A DNA stretch of 64,000 nucleotides from Laetmonice hystrix. Its lineage: Eukaryota. The translations under genes and the position numbers were made by a program. Every line of letters starts with the position of its first letter. Positions within the stretch are counted from its first letter, which is position 1. Of the stretch, positions 24,637 to 36,600 are shown piece by piece. The notes under the pieces were generated by a model, which made no database searches, had not been told where the DNA came from, and worked only from the letters and a program-made list of their open reading frames with translations. The stretch covers positions 22,384,001-22,448,000 of the forward strand of contig OZ249436.1 in the NCBI GenBank assembly GCA_965235115.1, read 5' to 3'.

Positions 24637-27600
24637 ATAGGTCACCAAGAAAACACCATCACATGAGCTACATCACTGGTCAGCTGACTACTCAGCTGTC
24701 AATCAAATACAAATTCTAACGGCAAAACAGGGATTATCTTGATTCACAAATTACCCCAAATCGAGTTTCTATCAGCTCCTAAGGTACATTCAATACAGGT
24801 ACGTGTTACTAATATAAACGCATCCCTGACAATTTGCGTTAAGAAGAAAATTTCCTTAAACGCTCACAGGAGGCAATAATGTCTGGAAAGCCAAGCCTGC
24901 TGTGTACGACATGAGAGTCAAAAGCACATGTATCGGAGTTCCCCATTGGTTCATTTTATAGTCCACCCCCGGCCTTTAACATAGTCAGTGTACGCTGTAT
25001 GGTTGTGATAGTGAGCTGTACGATAGGCTACAGCGACTTCAACATTAGTTGTACTCACTTAGCTCTGTGCTCAGACTCGGGCGGCTGTTTCCCGACCAGT
25101 GAATTCTCATACTCCAGACCTCTGAAATACACAATATACACACACTGTTAAATCGAAATATACTTTCAATACACCAACGTGACTTGAATACCCTAGGTAA
25201 GACAGTCTGATACTCTCAATACACCATGCACACACTGTTAAATCGAAGGACTTTCTCGTAACCTACACGTTTATAGACTTCAGTACCCTAGGTAAGACAG
25301 TCTGATATACTCTCAATACACCATGCACACACTGTTAAATCGAAGGACTTTCTCGTAACTTACACGTTTATAGACTTGAGTACCCTAGGTAAGACAGTCT
25401 GATACTCTCAATACACCATGCACACACTGTTAAATCGAAGGACTTTCTCGAACTTACACGTTTATAGACTTCAGTACCCTAGGTAAGACAGTCTGATATA
25501 CTCTCAATACACCATGCACGATGCATACAAGAGATTTCACAAGTGTCTTTTTCAGAAAGCGTGTTGCAGTTGTTTTTATTATGAAACCTAGAATTGGTAG
25601 AAAGCAGGAGGTTCCTGTTTGTGTCTAAATACAAATACGAGAGCAGACCAGAAATACACCTACTGTAGAACTGCTAAACACACGTAATATTGACCCTTCG
25701 AAGAAAACTGAATGGATAAATGCGATTCTGACTCGACTATAATAGTTACTACAAGGTGCTATTTGAATGTATCCCCAGTAGGACCTAATCTGCAGGTTAT
25801 TGTTGAATACAGTTATCACAGAGATCACAGTCCCATTGCAGTGGTCATGTTTGAGGTAGCCCAGGGCACGAGCCTGCCGTCAGGTACGGCAATTAGAGCG
25901 TCACAAGTTGTACATTTATAATAGTGACGTAGTGACCCGCCCTCGTGCTAGGACTGCCAGACATGGCAGGCCCCCCAGGTGGCCACACTCGTGTCCATTA
26001 AGACAACCTGAACATTGCATGTTAGCTGTATCCTTCTATGACCAACAGACAAATCCGCACCGACGGAAAGGTAGCGGGGAGACGACCTTTCGTATGAAGT
26101 CGTCTTCAATCTCTGCTGCCTTCCACCATCCGGCCAGGCACGGCGAATGCTGCCGCCATGTGACAGCCGCTCCAGCCGGCCAGTGGCATGCAGTGGCCGA
26201 CCCACCCTGCCCGTACATTAGCGACATACCAAGGAGCGGGCTGTGAGAGGAGTAATGAGAGACGTCTAGGTGCCGACGTAATGTGCCGTAATGCCTGCTC
26301 ACCTTACTCCCGACACAGGCACCCTCAGCACACCCCACCATTGTCATGCCATTTACTCAACATCGTAATAACGGTCACTCAGTCTAAAGTATACACTTCA
26401 TACGCACGCACGAAATGTGTACGACCTTTTTAACCTTTTGGCAAACAGTCTCCACGTCAGATCTAAATCAAACCTTTTTGATCCCTAATCCTTTCTGCCT
26501 CTTGTTACCATGACCCGGTTTCTAAAAAGGTGAAGAGGGCTTCTGACTGGCTGCTTATATATGATCAGGGCCCGGTTTCAGAAAGGTTAGCATGATCTTA
26601 ACTTAAGCTCTGCTTAGCCTTTTAGGACCCCTGATTGGCTGGTCCTCTGCTGCTCAGTTTCAACCAGCCAATCAGGGGACCTAAAAGGCTAAACAGAGCT
26701 TAAGTTGAGATCATGCAAACCTTTCTGAAACCGAGCCCAGGTCTAGGTACGGTCCAGGTGAGATTTACACTATCACTTCTCTCTTTTAATTTCGGGGTCC
26801 TTTTAAATAGGAAAATGTTCAATAAAACGTTTCTATGATAAAGAGTCCAAATGTCTCCACGGGAGCCTGGGGTCAACTTAAAACTCAGGTCAGCTCACAT
26901 TAGAAGTCAGCCTCCCGCACACTCGTAGTTGCCGCCGTGCATGCAAGACTTGCATCTAACAGAGCTAGGTCATCCCACCATGGTACCCAGCACTCTTGTC
27001 TCACATTCAACATTAACGCCACTAAACACGGGCTTTGTTTTGTTAATTTATGGTTCAGATTCCCTCCCCAATCGCAGCCAGTCGCATGACGTTACGATAT
27101 TACGGTTATCGTGCTGCGGTAGACGTTGCCTTTATGGGACGGGCTCATGAAAGGGGGACTGTTCTACTAACTGTTCTATGGAGTAAAGCTTTGTTTTGCT
27201 CGGCCCTGTCTACGTGCGCCTTGAGCTTAATTGCTAAATAAAAGTCGTCTTCATGGGTGATTCACCCGTGCGTGACGTCAGTGGTCAACAAATTGATCAG
27301 CATGTATGAAAGGTAATTAAAAACTGCTGGCAGATAAACAGGAACTTTTGAATCGCCCTCGGCATGAAAGGAAAAAAGTCATGTTCTGGCAGAGTGGCAC
27401 TGGCGAGAGAACATGTGAGACATGTTCTTATTAAACAATGTAGCAGGCAATCTAATACTAAAGGGTACAGCTGTTGTGATACGTCATTCAAAAAACTACC
27501 GTCACATCTGCCCAATTTATACTTCAACATTACTTACTCTTCCAAAGCTATACTTGCAATATCTAAATACAAAGGCTTTGACATCTGAAGCCGTACATGA

Positions 27601-30600
27601 ATTCATACGTGGTATGGTAATTTCTCTTATAGAATATAAATTTCACATGGATTTCACTTCGTCACATGATACAACCATATATCAAATTGAGCAGCTTTGA
27701 AAGTCATAATCAAACGACGATTTTTTACCTCAACGGCAACTGTTCAATTGTCTACAAATTCAACTAGTTATATTGAGTCATTTTTCTTTTGAGACTGATA
27801 TTGTATAATTTTCTCATGTTACATAGTGGAAGATTCTGGTTGACGAAAAAAAAAAGTTTAAATATTATTTTCTGAGTTTAAAATAGTTTCTTTTATCAAC
27901 CATTTCGTACCACCAGCAGTGCTGAATCCGGGTTTCCTGCCTCCCAAACCAGACCGCTCTGACAAACTGTTCGACAACTTCCAACATAACACCGCTGGAA
28001 AAATTAGGCCATAAACTAATAACGCTCATCACCGAGCTCCCCTGAGACCGATTCCTAACCAGATTACGCTGGCGATCAACTGGCCCGATTTCATTATGCA
28101 ACAATAAGAGCAAGATGGTTGCAATGTCTGTTGTTTCTAGACACATTCTGGGCCCAGGTCCCAAATTACATTTGGTCTCGACCACCATATTCCTTCTTTA
28201 GTTTTTAATATTTTCCACAAGGTCACTGGCATACTTTCCAGCAGACAGTACCAAATCGTATCCTTGAAATTAGGCCTACGTTAAAACTTAAAGGAATCAT
28301 GGCAATTATTTCATGTAGATTTTACAAATTGGCGAAAATACTGCCTGTATCATAGTCTGGTAATTCTGTTCCATAGCAATGCCTACTTGCCTGATTGGAT
28401 TTCGCAACTATTTTTTTTTTAATATTTAAAAACCAGCAAATTTGGAATGACGCGCGTCTTTTTCTAGACCTGCAGCCCACCTACGCGATAGAGTTTGGCC
28501 AGGCGACTTTACACCCTTTTCACAGAATGCGAGACTATAGCCGCAATCACGTGATCATCTCACCCGTTGCAACGTTATGTCTGCAGGTCAGACATTCCTG
28601 ATGGCGGAAAGCAGTGTTGGTTTTGAGTGTTCTTGACACGAAATGTGAAATGTGAAGGCGACAGTGCATTTCGCTGCTGTCTGTTTACAATACATAATAT
28701 ATATTAAACCTAGGAAGTATCCTCGGGACAGAAGGTGCATAGATTTTGACGAGGTAAGCGTGAAACCAGGCCGAACTGGCTTCCCGGAATGCTCAACCAG
28801 GGTGCCATGATTCCTTTAAACGAAGGTTATTTCGAGATGTTATCAAATTTGGATCAACTGAAACAATTTTTGAAACAACTGTATTTTCCTATCAATATAC
28901 ATGTGACCTAACGGAATATCACGACACGGTCTTTTTAATTAATTAATTAGTGGATATTGCATGACGGCACCAGGTCAAGACGATGTTTATGCTGTGATAA
29001 TATACCCAAGGCTTAAGCACTGGCCGCAAACTGAGTCACTATGAATGCATTATACTTTAATCAATAATGTAACTTTTATTAGGGCATAGAATAACGTTTA
29101 GCGGTGTCAAACTGCGCTAATTACTTTTAACATATAATAACCATTGCTCAGACAAATTAAGGCGAAGCACCAGCAAAAATACTCTTGAAAGATAAATTTA
29201 AAAAAAGACAATGAGCCTAGCAATAAACATAATGACTAATTGAGGATGTTAACTGGGTCAACTCCGTGCCAGACATGAAATTTAAAATTTTCACCTTCAA
29301 GTTTCCCTTTAAACACCGATGCCTCGCAAGTTTCTGTTTTTGTGTGACTTGCCGTGTACATCATTCTTGTTGTCAGACAACGACTAGGCATGACATATCT
29401 ATGATCCGCCATAAATTACCAGTAAGATAACGGCTGTAATACACGCAGAGATTTCCTAGTTCATTGGGTACATAAACTCCCATCCCCACCCCATCTGAGT
29501 TAACTATATCAGGAGACTTCCCTCCCACTCTACACAATCATATTATCTAGATATTGAAATCACTTTTTTAATTCTATAATTTTTATCCCTATTTTAATAT
29601 CCCATTTTTCGTCATATTTTTTTTAAGGCTGCACATTCAACTAACAAAAACATATCCCAACTACACAAAAACGAGCTGGGGGGGGGGGGGCATGGTAACT
29701 TCGGTGGAAACAGAACGAATTGTGTTATCTGTAACTATATCAACCTTCTGGCTGAGGTAAAAATGAATAATTCTGCATTGTTTGGTCTCGCATGAGCGAG
29801 GCCCACCTAGATTGGCAGCATTGTTATTCCAGCAGAACGTAACGATATTGCCAAGAACACGCCGTTACGGGGAGGTCGATGTGATAGCAGATTAAAGGGC
29901 CACCAGGTACCAGATCACCATGAATTCACATAGTCTGCTACTTGTAATTACTACCTGTCAGAACTCGAGATGATAATCGCCGGCTGGAGACCAGATTAAA
30001 GGTAGACATTAGGAGTGGAGAGAAGGAAGCTACCACTGTAACTTGGTCAACACTCAACCCACCTTACTCACAGCCAGTTCAGATTCGACACGACACCCCA
30101 CCGCCCGTCGTCATAACAATATCTCTAATAACTCTATAACAATATCTCTAATAACTCTATAACAATATCTCTAATAACTCTATAACACTATCTCTAACTC
30201 TATAAAAATATCTCTAATAACTCTATAAAAATATCTCTAATACTCTATAACAATATCTCTAATAACTCTATAACAATATCTCTAATAACTCTATAAAAAT
30301 ATCTCTAACTCTATAAAAATATCTCTAATAACTCTATAAAAATATCTAATAACTCTAACAATATCTCTAATAACTATATAACAATATCTCAGAAAACGGA
30401 TTGAAAGTACACCTAACACATTCATTTATAGTCATTTAAATTCAAAATTGATGTCCCTTTTAGTTCCCTAATGCTATCTCTACCAAACGAGTCGAATAAA
30501 GAGCACTGAAATTTAATTAAAGAAGCAGGTCTCTCCACTTGTTGACATATACCCAATGCCCCGCGTCCAGATTTCTGTGAATGCCCCTGATGAATATTCA

Positions 30601-33600
30601 TGAGCCGACCGCTATGGTATGGTGGTACACGTGAGGAAGTTGTGGCTGCCATTGCTCGCACATTGACCTCCGACCCGGGCCTCCAGCGACGGCGGCCAGT
30701 CGTCATCGATCAGACCAGGGCCCGCCTGTCAAACGGCCGGCCCCGCCCCCTACTCCCGGCCCATCCATAACCATTTAGTGCCACCGCCGAGCGGTTAATC
30801 CTCGCATCCATCAACCGCTCGCCCTTCTTGCACACTTTTACCATTACACATTGCCATTCTATAATTCATGAAATATACCTACATTTCCCACCAGAATGCC
30901 CCCCCCCCCCTTCCCATCCCAGCCCCCAGTGTCTCATCATGAAATCGCCAAATCAAATTTGTTGCACAGAGGCCATGTTGTCGATCTACTCTGACACATG
31001 TTTTCCTGTTAGATCTTTGTTTGATTTATTCGTTCAAATGGGCTTTGGGGACTGTACCGACCCAGGCTGGATCTTTGTCCTGGACTACAATAGGGAATTT
31101 AATGTTTCAAAACGGGCTGGGGATGTTACTGTAGTGACTGATATAGCATTGAATGTGATGGATAATTCGTAAAGTTGCACTTCCATACATGAATTATGTA
31201 GGCTGCCATATGGGGCAAAAACAACCCTACTCTATTCACAGTTGATTTAATGTACATCTTTACTCATTTCAAGTTAACAAAATAAGGCCAACCCATGGGA
31301 GAAATGAATTGATGCCAGAATGTCTACTTCTAAAAACTGTTAAAGAGTTTTAAGTGAGCGGCCGTAAGTGGAGGGTAGTTCTACAGGGACTTCATCTGGC
31401 TTGTTTTACCAAACAAACCACTGTCATGTTGACATTGAAAAGATGCACATCACCATACAGATTAGAAATAAGATCCATTAGTCTATGGCGATTAAGTGAA
31501 AAGAAAGCCTGCCGATTGCCCTGTTGAACTTGAAGGGCAATTCAAGCTAAGATGTATTCTTTTGGCGTAAGCTTGATTCTGCCACGGATCAATCTTGTTT
31601 CCACTATCATTCACTGAATCAGGGCCTGGGTTGTCAGAAATTCTCAACTTGAGTAAAGCTGACTTAAGTAAACTAACAGGCTTTTGATTGGAGGCCTAAG
31701 CAGACCAGCTAATCAGAAGCCTGTTAGTTTACTAACGTAAGCTTTACTCAAGTTGAGAATTTTGGACAAACTGGGCCCAGGTTATGACCCAGTCGGTGGA
31801 TATGATGCACTACCATTTATTTATGAAGGACCCAGTAGGTGGATATGATGCACTACCATTTATTTATGAAGGACCCAGTAGGTGGATATGATGCACTACC
31901 ATTTATTTATGAAGGACCCAGTAGGTGGATATGATGCACTACCATTTATTTATGAAGGACCCAGTAGGTGGATATGATGCACTACCATTTATTTATGAAG
32001 GACCCAGTAGGTGGATATGATGCACTACCATTTATTTATGAAGGACCCAGTAGGTGGATAGGATGCACTACCATTTATTTATGAAGGACCCAGTAGGTGG
32101 ATATGATGCACTACCATTTATTTATGAAGGACCCAGTAGGTGGATAGGATGCACTACCATTTATTTATGAAGGACCCAGTAGGTGGATATGATGCACTAC
32201 CATTTATTTATGAAGGACCCAGTAGGTGGATATGATGCACTACCATTTATTTATAAATGAAGAAAGGGGAAACTATCCGGGGGGATAATTGAAGACATGC
32301 CAACCTTTTCTCTCGGTTACTTTTTTGTAATTATCATGGTGTTCATCGGGAGAGTGATGAGTTTGTACCGGTTTTTTGATTCATGGCTGACACCCACCTC
32401 TGTGCCATCCTCTGGCGGAGTTTCTTGCAGCGTTTCTTTAGGGCCTTCTGCCGCTCCTTCTCAGTGGCCACCTGGGGGTCAGGTTTGTCATACGGCGCGT
32501 CCGATATATGGGCAAGGTTGAAGGCCTCCTGTTTGAAACACACACAATCACAACATTTAGTTCCCCGCATGTACAGTTACCAGTGCAACCTTACTCTTCA
32601 ATTGAAGTAGGTTAAATTGCTCATTCAATATTTTTCATTTTTCATCTGAGTTCCTGCTTCACCGCAGAACTGGTTTATCAATTTGATTTGTTCTTTGAGC
32701 ATCAATGGCGGAGAAATGTCACACTGGCCGATCTTCTTATGAGGAGAGTATTATTCATGATTGCCGATAGGTGGCACCACTAAGCAAAGATTAGTTTCAC
32801 TGCCAACCACAAGGTGGCGACACAAACGGTTTTCTTCGTCTTGCTGCAATCCCAAGCAATGCAGGGGATCTAATTTGCCTCCGATCTAATGCCGCCGACT
32901 TACTATTTCACTCTTGGAGAGATCTTTGCCATTGCTGCTTTCCTTCAGGGCAAGCTGATGTTTCCTTCCTCTAAGATGGCTCATTAGGTACACCTCAGAG
33001 GGGATCTAGGACGAGTGAAGAAGATCAAATGTACATACACAAAAGATAAATTCAAAACTCGACACGATTTTCAATTCAATAACTAGATGAGACATCCTAT
33101 AAAAATGCAAACTCCAATGAAAACCACAAGATATGTGATAGAGAAAGTGTGTGACGACTAACCATGATGTTGCAGACGGTACAGAGTTTCTTGCGGTCAT
33201 ATGGCACAAGTCTAGGAGCATCATTGTGGTCTTCAGTGGAATGCTTTAAGACACTCATTTCAAACGCTTTCTCTCGTATACTCTCCAGGTTCTCTTTGTG
33301 ACGACGTGCACTCTCATCTTGCTGGAAGAGAGCAATTTATGGCCGTACAATACACGTGGTCCAGTTTAAAATATCATTGTTACTTGTATGACCAGGCATA
33401 AAGTCGACCTTCACTGTCCAAGATGCTACCTTGAATGATTGAAATGTTACATTCCAACATGGGGTGGAATTATTGTTTCTACCTCTAATTATGGAAGGTG
33501 ACATTGGATGAACCGCCAGAATAAACAGTTTGGTCTAGGTGATGAGTAAAATTATCCACGACCACTGGGGCCCCCCTGGGAACTACTGGGTATGTCTGTG

Positions 33601-36600
33601 ATGTCACAGTTCCCACTGAGACAATCAAAGAATAGCGATTCTTCACAGCAAAAAAATTAAAATATCATTGTTGCTGGCACAAATACATCAGCCAGTTCAA
33701 CACTGAGTTTAATTTTCTAAGCTCAATTAAGTAAAGGTTTCTCTAACTTATGACGTAGGAACTTTTCTCAACTTAATACGTGCATCCTTTCCAAAAACCC
33801 TGCTTCGATCATCGACCACTTTTTGGCAGGAAAAAAGCATTTACCCATGAAAAAAGTGTGAAAAAGTATTAAGTAGCTTTTCTTTAAAAAAAAGGATTAT
33901 AATTTAAAAAAGTATCAAGTAGCCACACTGTTTTTAAATTCACATAGTCTTACATCACTTTTCAAAAATCTCGTGAGATTCACTTCTATCTTTCTACCTT
34001 TTGTTGTATTTTCTTTTGCAGTTCCTCTATGTGAGCCTGCTGCTGAGCATTGAGGACAGCAATACGCTCTTCCCGCTCTCGGTCCTTCGCACGTGCTGCT
34101 TCAAGTCTCTCACGCTCCCTCATCAACTGGCGCTGTTCGAATTCTGTGGCACGCTGCTGACGCCTGTTCTGCATGTCCTGTAGGCGTGCCAATCTCTCTG
34201 CTTCGAGTGCTTTACGACGTTCCTACCCACCATGATATACAGTTTGAGTTCAGTTACAAGTTTATCAGTTACTACTTGGCAGCTTGGTCAACAGCATTAA
34301 GTATAGTTTTAGATTACCCCGGTACAAAGGTATACATGTACTGCAAATAATTTCTCCGTTGTATTCAAAGCAGAATTAATGGACCATTCACAGTACTTAA
34401 CATTACAAGGAACTTCTGTAGATGATCAAGGCCTGACAGTATTGTGTAATGAAAATTAAAAATTTGCACAGGTCCAAACATGGTGTAAAAAAAAATAGTT
34501 AATGACGACATTCAGAATACAGTATACAAAAATCATCTGTTACCTCCACAGCTGCTTCCTTCGCTGCTTTCTCTTCATGTTTTCTCTGGCGTTCTTCCTA
34601 CATAAACAACAGCAGACCAGAATTATTGAAATGCTCATTCTTCCTAGGATTAAGAATGAATTTTCTGAAGGTACATGTACATTCGATGTCTCCTTGTGCG
34701 TCAAGTACGTTAATTTCAAGTTAAGTTCTCTTTGTTTGATGAATATTTAAGTTGAACCCTAAACTAAAGGTCAATGTTATATCATGCATTCACGTCGACA
34801 ACGATAAAGTCTCATAAAGGAGCCACGTATTACTAAAGGGAGAGAAAATTTTCAATTCATTAAGGTGAAGTAACTTTTGTGAGAAAAGATAAGGCTCAGC
34901 GACATAAAGACAAAGCATACCCAAGCTAAAAATTAAACCTACAGCCAAAAGTTCCTCACTAACATACCTTTGAACACTAGTAACACTAAAGTGTCTAAGG
35001 TCACACCAATAAGTGGAATACTGTCTACGGCGACTTTTTAAAAATACCGCCCGGGTCATTCGCTATTTCCCACGCGAGACAGCGGGAGCTATATCCTTAT
35101 ATTGATAGTTTGAACTTTTCTATTCCCTTTAATCTGTGGCGGTTAAACTTTGCTAACTGAGAGAAACCTGTACTAATCTTACAAAGATCATGAAATATAA
35201 TAAATCTTGTCGTCACAAGATTACCGTGAAGCTTTGAAAATGTCTGGGAAATTTGGCTGCCCCAGCCTCTAGAGAAGGTTACCTGAATGTCATGTAGGCG
35301 TGCCTCAAACTCTTGGTGCTTGGTTATGATGTCGTGACGCTTATTTTGGGCCTCCAGGGTGTTGATAAACGCTATCTCATTGGCCTGTGGGTGAAGCCAT
35401 GAGAGTGATGAGTATTGGCCTTAAAGACCGCCCGCGACTATAAAAGCCGTTACTCCCAGCAACATGGCAGTCAGCACTCACGTTTGAACCCATCAACAAC
35501 AAACCGTCATCTCCCATTCTTGTCTCAATTTTTACTGGTTATATTCTGATTTAAGTTTTGATATTTGTCACAAGTAATTGTGAACATGTGTAGCAGGTTA
35601 TCTGCAATTTTCAAGAAGCATAATGCATGAACTGTATTGATAAGAGTCATTTGAGTTTTGAAAGTATCTGTAACTGACGAGTTTGAGCACCTTGACAGGT
35701 CCAATGTGTTAGCCACACAGGGGTGTGCAGGCTCTCTTATAAATATAGCCGGGCCAGTGTGTATGTTTCCTCAGTGCAGCCCCGCTCACTGCTGCCCATC
35801 TGCCCACCTTACACTCCCTATGGGGGCCGCATTAGACTGGACCAGTGGAGCAGGGCCAGCCGGGGTCAACGTTACCGGGTGGTAACGAATGCCGGCCTTT
35901 AAATACAGTTTTGCTGAGACTGGTGATTTCTTGTTGCTCCACCAGAGGGCACTATCATCCAGCCAATATCAATTTATTTGGATAATTTTTGAAAATGTCT
36001 GGGCCCATTTAATGATGTTCAAAGCCGATTTGATGATTTGATTTGAATCTTTTTTCAAGGCATTCAATGCCACACAATTTTGGAAAGAAGTTGAAATGGA
36101 AAGTGAATAAAATGAATTAATTAATAAACAAACTAAGGAGAAAGAAAGTAATAAAGAAAGAAAGAAAGAAAGTCAAAACCAAAACATCGGTAACTAAACT
36201 TGAATCTGGTTGCTTACTAGATTTTAGCTGTCACATTTCTGAGTTTAAAGTAATTTGGCATGAAATTCAGGTTAATGTAATTGATTCAAAAATAAATCAA
36301 ATTGAATGGATACCCTGAATGAGTCCCCATTACTTGGGCATTTTACCGCTTCGATATTGACAAGTATTTTTTTTTAAATATCAAATTTATAATAAAACTA
36401 TTAGAGGCATGTGTGCCACTGGCCATACCCCACTGGAACTGAACCTGAACTGAGGGTCAAATATATTTTAGTTACAGTCAACACGCATACATGTGCTGTT
36501 CGGTTTGAATCTCCATGCTAACAATGTCGATATAGAATTCAACTACACTGCTTGGAAAACCAGACTTATGAGGATTTTTTCGCATGTCATCAATTACAAG

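Noticed and set aside
31786..32255. Regular repeat array resembling CRISPR
   Set aside because: No unique spacers, eukaryotic intron, no cas genes; the same applies to the other arrays
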